Positions 47,560-61,024 of a DNA stretch of 64,000 bases are shown piece by piece. The DNA is from Octopus vulgaris. Lineage: Eukaryota. The notes below the pieces were generated by a model that saw only the letters and a list, made by a program, of their open reading frames with translations, was not told where the DNA came from and did no database searches. The position numbers were made by a program, and so were the translations under genes. The number at the start of each line of letters is the position of its first letter. Position 1 is the stretch's first letter. The DNA lies in contig OX597826.1 of the NCBI GenBank assembly GCA_951406725.2, positions 68,510,001-68,574,000 on the forward strand, read 5' to 3'.

Positions 47560-48270
47560 TATGCATATGTATGTGATATTGTCTGCAAAAATTTGAATTA
47601 GGACACACACAAAAAATCAATATTCAAAGTAATTGAACTTACACAATGAAATGGATTATTTCCCTTGAGTGTTCAAAAAACAATATTGTAGAGGTGCTAT
47701 GAATTATTTCCCTTGTGTGTTTAAAATATAGTTATATGAGTTTAACATAAAGGTCCCTTCCAGGTAGCGTATAATCGATTTTTTTCAACAACCTAGCATA
47801 TCACGAGGTTCTAATCACGTGTCAAGTTTCATCAAAATCAATAAAACGTTGTAGAATGAGTTAGTTAACAACGCCACAAACAAACACACACCGATTAGAT
47901 TCGATCCTCGATTGCCAAATTTCACTTAACACTTCGACGACTCACGGTAAAACAATAGTTTTCTGTGAAAGACATCAGTTACACATTTCCTAGATGCCTT
48001 CGCTAAGCAGGATAATGTCTTTGCTTCTCGCCAACCTCCGACAACCTTTCTCACCAGCCTCCCACAATCTTCCTCGCCCACCTCCGAAAACCCCTCTCGC
48101 CAACCTCCAACAATCTCTCCCTCCTCCAGCTGACAGCTTTTTTGTACTTTTTCGTGACGGAAAATACACTTTTTGTGGCAGTTATAACGAAATTGCTTTC
48201 TGATATCAGAGTAATAAAGCGTTTTAATAGAACATTTTTACTCCCGGGAATTACCGGGTACACCAGCGAT
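47560..48270. mobile_element. Possible non-autonomous Helitron/DINE-like pieces
   Basis: aagtttcatcaaaatc...acaaacaaacacac end motif (47823-47890), cccggg..ccggg hairpin at 48243-48258, and roughly 23-bp internal repeats ctcgccaacctcc at 48027-48110. Confidence 0.3.
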
Positions 48271-49104
48271 CCGTCCTTGTTTTCTTTGTATCGTGCACCT
48301 GGATGTATGTTTGTCCCATTTGTGTATGTATGTATGCATATATTTATAAATTATTTTTATTATTATATGATCGAACACCATGCATCCTTTTCCAAGTAAG
48401 TTTTATCTTAATAATTACGATATACACTCTTCTCCTTTACTCTCTCTTCTCTGTCTATCTCTCACCCTCTCTTTTTCTTCACTCTTTCTGGTTTTCTCTC
48501 CCACCCTTTCCTATTCCTCTCATCTCCCCTTCACCGTTCCCTCCCTCTCAATCCTCATCCACGGCTCTCTCGCTGCGGACACGTGCCGAGAGGGAATCCA
48601 TCTTTCTGACTACTAGCTCCGCAAAGACTAAACGGGCTTATACTGTCTCTTCATAAGCTCGTCTCCTTAAATATTCAGAATAATTTTTCCATCATCTTGG
48701 CTTAACAACCCTCATCGTTTGTTTTTACTGTTTTGTTCTCACTGTCCTCTTCTTGTTGCCAATTTCACCCTCCTTACAAAAATCTCAAATTTCATTTAAT
48801 TTGCTTTGCAGGAAAGATTGTTTCAATGAAGTCGCGTCTTGTCCTTGCCTTCGAACGTGGAGTAGTTGAACAGGGACAACTGAAGAAGAAGGAATATTCT
48901 TTATGTTGCATGTCTCGTTTCTCTGTTTTTTTCGTTGTCCCCAAAAAGTTCGTTTCTATGTTTTTGTTTTTATGTTTTCGTTTCTCATTGTGTTCAACGC
49001 CTTTTTGATGTCCTGTACCCATATATGCATGTATATATACATATATATGTAGGTATGTAATATATGTATATTTATATATGTATATATCTATATATCATTT
49101 ATAT

Positions 49105-49211
<107 letters not shown>

Positions 49212-49424
49212 AACAATGATAAATCTCAGAGCGAGTTATAAACAGTAGCGGTAACACATCGTGACGCATATTTGCCATTTGAATATGGCTCACCCATAAG
49301 GGTGGATGCTACTGTAGTTTGTAGCCCCAGGAAGATATCTCCTCCAGTTGGCTATAGACACACAACCTGTGTCCTCTCAGTATTTGTGAAGGGGAGTCAT
49401 CCTCCCCGTCTTTAACACATGATA

Positions 49425-49469
49425 CACACGTACCCGAGTTTCAAGGTGTTTACCTTTCATCAGCGTGTG
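49425..49469 (-). ncRNA. Minimal type I hammerhead ribozyme, intact core (inverted copy)
   Basis: Exact reverse complement of the 49658-49702 motif, in the left arm of the inverted repeat. Confidence 0.85.
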
Positions 49470-49657
49470 ACAATCATGGTTGTCGACGAGAAATCAGATC
49501 CCTTCACAAATACATATACTTGAAACAAATACATATAACTCGCTCTGAGATTTATCATTGTTTGATTTCACTTTTTCAATATCAGTGTCAATAGGACACT
49601 GGAAAAAGTATATGTATTTGTGAAGGGATCTGACTTCTCATCGACAACCATGATTGT

Positions 49658-49702
49658 CACACGCTGATGAAAGGTAAACACCTTGAAACTCGGGTACGTG
49701 TG
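49658..49702 (+). ncRNA. Minimal type I hammerhead ribozyme, intact core (Penelope/retrozyme type)
   Basis: cacacg-CTGATGA-aaggt(aaac)acctt-GAAA-c(tcgg)g-TA-cgtgtg. 6-bp stem I, exact CUGAnGA and GAAA core, 5-bp stem II, short stem III, GUA cleavage triplet (predicted cut after 49696). Confidence 0.85.
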
Positions 49703-50409
49703 TATCATGTGTTGAAGACGGGGAGGATGACTCCCCTTCACAAATACTGAGAGGACACAGGTTGTGTGTCTATAGCCAACTGGAGGAGATATCTTCCTGG
49801 GGCTACAAACTACAGTAGCATCCACCCTTATGGGTGAGCCATATTCAAATGGCAAATATGCGTCACTATATATATATATATATGTATATACACACACATA
49901 TATATTCATATCTACATACATATATACATATGTACATAATACATACATACATACAGACAGACAGACACACACAATCACACACATAAATATATTATATGCT
50001 ATTTTATATTATATTGGGAGATTCCGTTGTGCAGGTGTGGCTAACGGGTGACAATTTTGCCTGCCACTATGGTTTCCGGCTCACTCTCACTGAGAAAATG
50101 TCTGCCACTATACCCTCGAGCTGACAAAAAAACTTTGCGAGTAGATTTGGTTGATGGAAACTAAAAGACGCCCACACGGATGGGTGTGTTCGTCTGTACG
50201 CTTGTGTGTGAGTGTAAGTGTGTATGTCTCCGCTTGCAGTCCACCACCGCTTGATAATAGGTGTACGTGTGTCAACATAACTTAGCAATACGGCAAAAGT
50301 GTCCGTTAGAATATATTGATTTTAAATTTGATTTTGATTTTTCCAGTTTCAGCTCATGAGCTGTGGCCATGCTGGAGCACCGCCATTTGGTTTGCTACAT
50401 GATTTTACC

Positions 50410-50750
50410 TCACGGATGCTTTTTAGCAACTGCCATTTGGTGCATGAGGGAGTTCGATGCAGCTGCCCTCATCTGCACCTCCTGCCGTGAAGTTGGTTCA
50501 TCCGGGACACCTTACAGGAAGAGATCCAGTTTCATTTTAAAGAAATCCGCATCTACACCATGCAGGTCCCTCAGGTTCTTCGGGAGGATATTGAAGAGCT
50601 GTGGGCCTCTGAAGCCCAGGCTATCACAGTATCTTGTCCTACATCTTGATGGCAAATTTGGAGTCCTTGGTACCGCGCAGTGGTGCTCGGTTCTGGCATT
50701 TGTGTGACTCTCGATGCCAAAGTGACTCTCGATGCCAAATATATTATACC
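50410..50750 (-). mobile_element. CR1/L2-group LINE 3' end
   Basis: SLGFRGPQLFNILPKNLRDLHGVDADFFKMKLDLFL*GVPDEP, the typical C-terminus (WN.LP..FK..LD.FL). Confidence 0.75.
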
Positions 50751-50887
50751 GGGCTTTCAAATACAAGTACAGCGAATGATTCGCTAGACTGAAAATTTTC
50801 AAGGCGATGCCCCAGACTGGCCGCTGTCTAATGATTGAAGCGAGAAGAAAATAAAAGATGAATATAACTGTAATGGGTTAAATATAT

Positions 50888-51355
50888 CGCAGGAGTGGCT
50901 GTATCATAAGTAGCTTGCTTGCTAACCATATGGCTCCAGGTTCTGTCCCACTGTGTATCACCTTGGACAAGTGTCTTCTATTATAGTCACGGGCCAAAAA
51001 ATGGCCTTGTGAGTGAATTTGGTAGACGGAAACTGAAAGAAGTCCTTCGTATTTATGTATATATTGTATATATATATATATATATGTCTTTTTCCTAAAA
51101 TATATATTCCATATTCTACATATATATCTTTTTTTACTACCCACAAGGGGCTAAACACAGATGGGACAAACGAAGATAGACAAACGGATTAAGTCGATTA
51201 CATCGACCCCAGTGCGTAACTGGTACTTAATTTATCGATCCCGAAAGAATGAAAGGCAAAGTCGACCTCGGCGGAATTTGAACCCAGAACGTAACGGCAG
51301 ACGAAATACGGCTACGCATTTCGCCCGGCGTGCTAACGTTTCTGCTAGCTCGCCG

Positions 51356-51431
<76 letters not shown>

Positions 51432-51700
51432 ATGTGTGTTTGTGTATGTGTTTGTGGGTGAGTGTATGTCTGTTTTTGTGTCTGTGTTTTTGTCCCACCT
51501 GAATCGCTCGACAAACGATTTTGGTGTGTTTACGTTCTCATAATCTAGTGGTTCGGCAAAGACACCGATAGAATAAGTACTACGATTACAAAGAATAAGT
51601 CCTGGGGTAGATTTCTTAGACTAAAGGCGGTGCTCCAAAATGGCCGAAGTCAAATGACTGAAACAAATAAAAGAATAAAAGAATAAAAGAATAAAAGAAT
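50888..51700 (+). mobile_element. SINE family B interrupted by family A
   Basis: Head 50888-51050; tail 51480-51700 ending in (aaagaat)n. Confidence 0.82.
51128..51357 (-). mobile_element. SINE family A monomer nested in a family B SINE
   Basis: Full body lying between the head (50888) and tail (51480-51700) of a family B copy. Confidence 0.85.
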
Positions 51701-51902
51701 ATTTATTTCCACGTATTGAAATCATAGTTATGTTAAGTATCATGCTGACCATTTGTCGTAATCTGGTTCCTAATGTTATATACGAGGGGTGTATGAAAAG
51801 TGATGAGCCTTTGAGCCTTAAAGTCTTGTACCTTCATTTTAAAGTCTTTTACCGCGTTTTTTTTTTGAGACTCAAGATTTCCATACGCACAAAACCACAA
51901 AG

Positions 51903-52520
51903 TGCGACGAGCTGGCGAAAGCGGCGAGCTGGCAGAAGCGTTAGCACACCGGACGAAATGCTTAGCAGTATTTCGTCTGCCGCTACGTTCTGAGTTCAAA
52001 TTCCGCCGAGGTCGAATTTGCCTTTCATCCTTTCGGGGTCGATTAACTAAGTACCAGTTACATACTGGGGTCGATATATTATCGACTTAATCCGTTTGTC
52101 TGTCCTTGTTTGTCCTTTCTGTGTTTAGCCCCTTGTGGGTAGTAAAGAAATAGGTAATTCGTCTGCTGTTACGTTCTGAGTTCAAATTCCGCCGAGGTCG
52201 ACTTTGCCTTTCATCCTTTCGGCGTCGATTAAATAAGAACCAGTTACGCATTGGGGTCGATATAATCGACTTACTCCGTTTGTCTTTCGTTGTTTGTCCT
52301 CTCTGTGTTTAGCCCCTTGTGGGCAGTAAAGAAATAGGTATTTCGTCTGCTGTTACGTTCTGAGTTCAAACTCCGCCGAGGTCGACTTTGCTTTTTGTCC
52401 CTTCGGGGTCGATTAAATAAGTGCCAGTTACACACTGGGGTCGATATAATCGACTTACTCCCTTTGTCCTTGCTTGTCCACTCTATGTTTAGCCTCTTGT
52501 GGGCAATAAAAAATAAATAT
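51903..52520 (+). mobile_element. SINE family A trimer
   Basis: One head, then three units of about 180 bp joined at aaagaaataggta(t/a)ttcgtctgc. Confidence 0.9.
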
Positions 52521-53561
52521 TTGAACCACAAATTAAATAACCCGATATCGAATATAGAAATAACTCATCTTCATCTAATACTACATCCTCTTTAATATAT
52601 TAAAATTAATTTCTAAATCAATTAATATTTTCACTATCAACGCATAATTTATCTTATTTTTACTCCACACCATACAACCGTTTTGTAATATTTTTGATAT
52701 AAACACTAATTTCACATTCATCAGCATAACCCGAAGCTAAACCAAACTCTTCATTTATTGTAATAACATTTACTTTAGCAAGTGACTTTATTTTCATATT
52801 CAGCTCTTATATCAAACTTAGCTTTTCTATCGATTTTTCACTCATCATTTTTATAGTTTTTATCTCTGTATTCATTGACTTTATTAGAGTCGTTATATTT
52901 TTTTCTCCCTTATTATCCCATAATATTTACTGCTATAACGTTTACATTTCATATACATAACTATTTCAGACAGGTTAAATGATAAAATATGCTTCCTGTT
53001 TGGAAGGCGTTCAGTTGATAGACTGTATGCACGCCCGGCACAATTAATTGCGGTTTTTCGTCTGTTTTTATCTTCTAAGTTCCAACGCAGTCGAGGGTGG
53101 CTTTGCCTTTCATCCCGCTCAGCGATCAATTAAAACAAGTAACGGTAGAGCAGGATGGAATCCACATCTCCTCTTATCGGATAGTACTGGCTTTATGCCA
53201 AAATCATTCTTGTTTCTGTATCTCTCGCGTTTTACCCTCTTATTCTGCTTTTTCCTAGAAAATAATTTAGCCGGCGAATAAGGAGGATAATTAAATTATC
53301 GAATAGAATTGTTAATGCTGTTTCTTGTTCTTTGTCGTCTGACTTCAACTCTCACCGGTCTCTAGTCTATTTGGTATTGCCAGCTCAATAAATAATGAAA
53401 TATTCCACTTCTAGGGCCAGCACTTTTGTCTGCCTCTCTTGTTACTACCCCTCCCCCTCTCTCTCTCTCTTGCTCTCTCTTTCGCGGGAATATACGTTCG
53501 ATTAGGATTCACCATTATGTTAATGATATCTTCCTGTTCATCTGGCCTAAAGATAACATTT

Positions 53562-53970
53562 AGGGCAGTGAGCTGGGAGAATGGTTAGCACGCTGGACGA
53601 AATACTTAGCGGTATTTCGTCTGCAGCTACGTTCTGAGTTCAAATTCTGCCTTTCGTCTTTTGGGGTCGATTAAATAAGTACCAGTTACGCTCTGGGGTA
53701 GATATAATCGACTTAATCCGTTTGTCTGTCCTTGTTTTTCCTCGCTGTGTTTAGCTCCTTGTGGGTAGTAAAGAAATAGAAATAGGTATTTCGTCTGCTG
53801 TTACGTTCTGAGTTCAAATTCCGCCGAGGTCGAATTTGCCTTTCATGTTTTCTGTGTCGATTAAATAAGTACCAGTTATGCAATGGGGTCGATGTAATCG
53901 ACTTAATCCCTTTGTCTTTCCTTGTTTGTCCTCTCTGTGTTTAGTACCCCTATGCGCAATAAAGAAACAG
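53562..53970 (+). mobile_element. SINE family A dimer
   Basis: Head gggcagtgagctggga, then two units with the same junction. Confidence 0.85.
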
Positions 53971-55560
53971 ACATTAATGGCACACGTTTTTGTAGAATAC
54001 ACAGCAGAATGCTCGTTAATATCTCGAGTGGAAAATAAGATCGAATTCGATGATGAAGGTTCCACACTCAAAATATAAAACTATGAGTCACCATCGCATA
54101 AGATTTAACAGAAAGTGTGTTTTGCAATCTTAAAACTTATGCAAATGGCTTTTGATATGTTGTATTTCACACTTATAACGTTTTTCGCCCACTCTATTCT
54201 ATCATTCAAAAATATTTTATTATATTCTATTATTCTGAAAATAATCAGCAGATATTATTAGTCTTCTCAATATTTACAACTAAAAATATTAAAAATTCTT
54301 TCTCAGAATGTATTGAAATTATATCCCCTTTGTTTCTTCATAATACACAAGAGGGAGCCGACGACTTCGTATTGATTTTCAAAACATTTATCCGTTAAAA
54401 CGAATATTTTCTAATATCTACAAAACAAATGTTCTATTTTACTGAAATATCAAGTGTAAGATTAATTACTTGTCTGTTTTTCTAATTTGAACCTTTTCTA
54501 ATTTCTTTTAATCCTCGAAATGATTATTTTAATTTACAAATGAATATAATTATTTCTATAATATTTGCTTTCTATTTAGTTTTATATTTTACACATTCTC
54601 ATCAATTCCAGCAACAATGAAGTGAACGCAAAAACTATTCTATGATTGTTTTAAAAATTTATTGTATTTTAAATATATTTATTCACACCTAAATCATAAA
54701 TAATTTTTTTATTATTTTAAAGATATATCATCACATTTTAATGAAAGCACTAAGTTATTGCCTCTTATAAATAATCTATCGGAAAAAATATATTTCAACG
54801 TTATATTTATTTGTTTGTCTAGAATTTATGTTAAATTCTATGAAATAAAATATGATTTTAAAACGGCTGTTATAACAATGAACTGATTATATAATTAATT
54901 AAAATATGAAAATCAACTAGATTAAAATCAATTAACATAACGAGATAAATTATTTCACCAATATGATGTTTAATATGTCATCAAGTTGTAATAGCCTAAT
55001 ACAATCAGAGTATGGTAATATATATATTTTATATTTACAAAAGAATATTATTGGCAGTGACTTCAACGTTTCGGCTAGTTAAGCCATTGTCAGACAGCAA
55101 TACACTAAAGTTAATCTTGGCTTTACATATAATCTCTGTTGAGTGAAAATCGTCTTTGGATATATGGATTTGAGTGGATAGATCATAAGGTTGTAATGTG
55201 GTTTGTCATTGCACGGTGTTTCAAAGCAATTTTGATTTAGTAAATCTGACCGTGAGAAGGTCAAATATTTTTTTTTTAAGTGACCAGCTAAAACATGACA
55301 TCTACGTAGATTCTTTCTAAGAAAATCTAAAGCATTTCATTACGAAAACGTTGACACGCTTCATTCCTGAGTTCAAATTCCGCCGAGATCGAATTCGCCT
55401 TTCATTCGTACCCTATTGCTCTCTGAAAGGAATAGAGTACGAGGTAAGCGACTGTGCCCCCATCCCCGAAATTTGATAATATCAGAACTGAACACAAGAA
55501 CACACGCGCGCTCACAGTCACACAGACACACACACACACACACGCACACACACACACACG

Positions 55561-55593
<33 letters not shown>

Positions 55594-55893
55594 GCAAAAA
55601 TACGGACACGCGTTTTTGTATGTAGGTTTCACATATGCGTGTATTCATGCCCCATGTACATTCACATAAACATGCATATTTTTATGTGTACAAAGACACA
55701 AATTTACACTGTTGAGTGTGTCTGCACGTTGAACGTTTTGAATTTGAAGTTTCAAGAGGACCAAATTAAGTCATGGAACTTTGATGACAATTCTTCACAC
55801 GTTCGCGAGAATCTGCTTAAGTTGCCATCCATGCTCCCAGTATGGAGGATCTGACAATCGGATTTCTTGTACGACACACGGATTTTGTGTGTA

Positions 55894-55990
<97 letters not shown>

Positions 55991-56156
55991 CAGTTAGATA
56001 GATAGGCAGATAGATAGATAGAGAGATAGATAGATAGATATATAGATAGATAGATAAATAGATAGATTGATTGATAGATTGATATATGGTGGTTGTCTAA
56101 CTAATCCTTAAGCAGAATGTGACCATCTTTCTCTCTCACACACACACATATACACA

Positions 56157-56254
<98 letters not shown>

Positions 56255-56647
56255 TATATGTGTGTGCAAGTGTGTATACATATGTATTTTTAGAGAAAAT
56301 AAGGAAAGTGAACCCTCGAACTCAGGCTGACTGTGAAGAAACCTTTTTAAGCCATATGTGTAGTCAGCAGGCCTCTACAATAAATCGAACTCTGTAACTC
56401 TCTAATTCCGTCTGAGCGCTTTATACCTTTTTTTTTTACCCCCAATGCTCCCACATTACGAAACATTATTTAGCATTAAAAACGTTCTTGCGCGAGAATC
56501 TGCTTAAGGTAAACTGGCGCTTCTGCGAAATGTGAGAAGAACGAGCATCGAATATACTAGCCACCTGCTGGCCACTTTCTTCCATCTTCTAACATGTCTT
56601 CGCAGTCATCGTATGTGCGAGAATTCCTGTAGATACTGTCGAATACC

Positions 56648-56894
56648 TATTTCTTTATTACCTACAAGGGGCTAAACACAGAGAGGACAAACAAGGACAG
56701 ACAAACAGATTAAGTCGATTACATCGACCCCAGTGCATAACTGGTACTTAACATATCGACCCCGAAAGGATGAAAGGCAAAGTCGACCTCGGCGGAATTT
56801 GAACTCACAACGTAACGACAGACAAATTACGGCTACGCACTTCGCCTGGCGTGCTAACGCTTCTGCCAGCTCGCCGCCTTCTACCAGCTCGCCT
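56648..56894 (-). mobile_element. SINE family A monomer with perfect 15-bp target-site duplication
   Basis: atactgtcgaatacc at 56633-56647 and 56895-56909. Confidence 0.9.
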
Positions 56895-57283
56895 ATACTG
56901 TCGAATACCGACTCGATGCTTATAATGTTGTTAAAAAAATGTTCTCATATATCTGTGGGTGTGTATTCATGGTATTATAATATATGCCCTTATGTATATA
57001 GATATATATAGATCATATAGATAGATAGGCAGATAGAGACATAGATAAGAATATGCCACTGTCTATATCATTATTAGACAATATGCGATTATCCGACTCA
57101 GTCATATATTAAAGAGAAACGTATCTGTAAATGCTTATGTATAAATTTGTAGCGGTGCATATCTGCACATATTTCTCTATACATGCAGATATCTATGGAT
57201 ATCTGCATTAATATAAGAACAAGCTTTTATTCAGACATACCTATATATATAATTAAATTCAATGTTCACAAATACAGATGCAC

Positions 57284-57325
<42 letters not shown>

Positions 57326-58112
57326 TCTCTCTTTCTCTCTCGCTCACATACGCACACACACAAACAACCGAAAATATATGCATGTCGTATGCGTGCATAC
57401 ATACTTGTATACCCTTTCAGAAACTCATATATTTCACACACTATACACACACACACACCTGGCGGAATTTGAACTCACAACGTAACGACAGACGAATTAC
57501 GGCTACGCACCACATGCACTCACACACACACACATATACACACACACACCTACTTATACACACAAAAATACAACCGAAAATATATGCATAGGCAGATACG
57601 CTCATACGTATTTGTATACACATTCAGAAACGCATATATCTTACATATCACACACACACACACACACTCTCTTCTTCTCTCTCTCTCTCTCTCGTACACA
57701 CACATATACATTATACACACACAATATATATATATATATATATATACATATATATTCATATAGATATATATATGTGTGATTCGGTCAGACTCTGACACCC
57801 TCTGAGGCACAAGTCTGGGCAAGGTTGTTTTTTTTTATGGAAGACCAAGCCCATGCATACCGGCCTCCTCTCTACGTCACCGATGTTGTCCAAGGGAAAG
57901 CAAGGGCCGATATTGGCATGCCGTATACATACGTATTTGTATACACATTCAGAAACGCATATATCTTACATATCATACACACACACACACACACACACTC
58001 TCTCTCTCTCTCGTACACACACAAATACATATATACCATGAGCATACACTTGCATATATGTATATGTATGTGCGATATATATATATATATATATACATAT
58101 ATATTCATATAG

Positions 58113-58269
<157 letters not shown>

Positions 58270-58501
58270 GATACATTGTAGATACGTGTATATAAATACA
58301 TACATATTTGCATGTATGTGCGTGAGCTATCTTGGAAGTATATTACTAGTAGTTGATCGAAGTCGGCTGTGAGATCCGATTCAAGGAATCTTCTCGAAAA
58401 TTGTAAATTTATCAATAATTACACCGACAATTCCCCAGACGCTTAGAAACACGGCGACTTAAATTAATACATTTCCGAGTCCTATTTCTTACCCTAGAAA
58501 C

Positions 58502-58739
58502 TGATGATCTACTACTACTACTACTACTACTACTTGCTGCTGCTGCTGCTGCTGCTGATGCTGCTGATGCTGCTGCTGCTGATGCTGCTGCTGCTGCTAC
58601 TGCCACTGCTGCTGCTGCTGCTGTTCTACTGGTGTTGTTTTTGTTACTGTTGTCATCGTCACCATCATCATTATCATTACTGCTATCATCATCATCATCG
58701 TCATAATGAAAGTAATACTAATAAAATTTATTATTATTA

Positions 58740-58791
<52 letters not shown>

Positions 58792-58818
58792 TATTATTAG
58801 TATTATTATTATTATTAC

Positions 58819-58890
<72 letters not shown>
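58502..58890 (+). repeat. Compound (CTA)n/(CTG)n/(CAT)n/(TTA)n microsatellite
   Basis: Direct reading. Confidence 0.92.
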
Positions 58891-58891
<1 letters not shown>

Positions 58892-59636
58892 ATAGAAGCG
58901 CTAGATTAAATGCCTTTGAGTAGTATTTTATTTCATTTCACACAAGGCAGACATCTCACGACCGGCTTTGTTCAACTTTTATGAACACAGATCTCAAAAG
59001 CATGCTACAAAGATGTCATTTCTATCCACACACACACACATACACAATTTAAATTGACACTTATCAAGAAAACACTTCTTACTATACTATATCTTCTCTG
59101 CTTTAGTCATGAATGACACACAAGGGAGCTTACTCATTGCCACTCAGCACGCTTGCAATATCAACCAAATCTTTCTCAAAATTCCTACTATACAACAATG
59201 ATACACAAGGGAGTTTCACTCGGCCGCCATTAGAGCTGTTCGAAATGACAGCCAAATATCTCTCAATCTTTAAACCTCCCCAGGTAACAGTCTGAAAAAC
59301 TACTTTCAATTTGGGTTATAAATATTGTAGACACTGTTTATTGTTTTTTCGAGAAGATGACCAGTTGTTCTTGTCTGAAATTATTTTTATATATGTATAT
59401 ATCTACCAGATGATGGTGGTTTAAAGGTTAATCCAGAACAAAAATATAGATATTTACACTATTTCTACACGTAGCGGGATATAGAATCAATGATGGTTGT
59501 TCATAGTGTTCACACATCTATAGTGTTATGTCAGTTACGTCCTGAATTATTGGGAATACTTCAGAGCAATAAACATTTTCTTAGTGGACAAGTTAACGCA
59601 CTTTTTCAGAGTGATGATGATGATAATAATAATAAT

Positions 59637-60917
59637 CCGCAAAATTCCGCAAGCTACTGGCCTGTAATAAGATGCACCATCCAAAGGCAGGTGTGGATCG
59701 TTTTTACCTTCCCAGAGCTCAGGGAGGTCGAGGCTTGATCCAGCTTGAACTTACGTACAAGGCCAACACAATTGGACTGGACAAATACCTTGAAACAATC
59801 AACGATTGGATGCTAAAACTTGTTGAAAAGCATGAAAGACCGAAAAAACTTCACTCAATTCTGAAAGGAGCAAAAAATTCACTACTGATCTCTTAGATAC
59901 CTATCAGATTGATCAGGTTGAAGGAAATGCGCCAAGTGCTACTGCAAAGAAAATAAAATTAATTGCAAAGTCAAAAGCACATAAAATATTAGCTAGCTGA
60001 TGGGAACAGAAACCTGTGCCTGGCAAGTATGTGGCCCGTAGCAAACAACCTGATGTCGACCAGAAACACACGTTACGAAGCTGAGGGCTAAAAGCAGAGA
60101 TTGAAGGTTTCATATTAGCTGCTGAAGACCAAAGCTTATTAACCCGGAACTAACAAGCCAATGTGATAAAAAAATATGGAGCTGATCCAAAATACCGATT
60201 CTGTAACGATGAGATTGAAACTATAGACCATCTAATCTCAGGGTGTAGAATCTTAGCACCTATAGAATATAAAGCAAGACGGCCAATATTTACACTGGAC
60301 AACATGTTGGCATTATAAAATCAAAACCGCTGACAAATGGTATAAACACGATCCTGAAGCTGTGACTGAGGGAGAAAATGTGTTGATTCTCTGGGACTTC
60401 CCCGTACATACCGACAAAACTATAAAATCTAATATACTGAATATTATTATAAAAGATCAGGCAAAAAAGTTGTGTTTATTAATTGACATGAGTATTCCTT
60501 GCGATCACAATATAGCTGCGAAAGAATTTGACAAGATTAGTAAATATAAAGACTTGCTAACAGAAATTGAAAAAATGTGGCATCTCAAGGCGACTACAGT
60601 ACCAGTGATTGTAGGATCTCTAGGAATGATTAAAAAAAGTACTGAAACCTATTTGAAAATGATAGCAGGCTTACCATCCCTACAAGAAGTGCAAAAAATC
60701 GTGTTAACTGGAACGGTCATGTACTGAGAAGAGCATTATTGTAGTGAAAACAACATCCATTCATGAATTTATTTATTTATTAATTTGTTTTAAATACATA
60801 TTTTACCTGTGAATTTGCGTGTGTAATCTGGGAATGCATACAATGAGCTTTTCTGCCCTAGGTGAACGGAAAACACTCGGCGAGAAATGGAAGAAAATTT
60901 GAAGAAAGAAGGAAAAA
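59637..60917 (+). mobile_element. 5'-truncated R4/Dong-clade non-LTR retrotransposon (restriction-like endonuclease type)
   Basis: HPKAGVDRFYLPRAQGGRGL, EGFILAAEDQSLLTRN, zinc knuckle RFC..EIETIDHLISGC, ILWDFPVHTD, LLIDMSIP, KISKYKDL, VPVIVGSLG; multiple stops. Confidence 0.88.
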
Positions 60918-60936
60918 CAACAACAGCAACAACACC

Positions 60937-60968
<32 letters not shown>

Positions 60969-60975
60969 CAACAAC

Positions 60976-61014
<39 letters not shown>

Positions 61015-61024
61015 TATTATAATG

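Larger units (their letters stand above)
49261..49866. repeat. Long inverted repeat: 261-bp arms (49261-49521, 49606-49866), 84-bp spacer; probable inverted Penelope-type pseudo-LTR pair
   Basis: gtgacgcatatttgcc...tacatatactt matches aagtatatgta...ggcaaatatgcgtcac; I count 3 mismatches. (TA)n on both flanks. Confidence 0.92.

Noticed and set aside
51903-52520. Regularly spaced ggggtcgat repeats resembling a CRISPR array
   Set aside because: The intervening sequence is also repeated (SINE units), the context is eukaryotic, and there are no cas genes.
52520-55300. Long AT-rich stretch possibly from a decayed Penelope-like element
   Set aside because: No motif clear enough to call; only the degenerate hammerhead-like string at 55063-55097 was noted.
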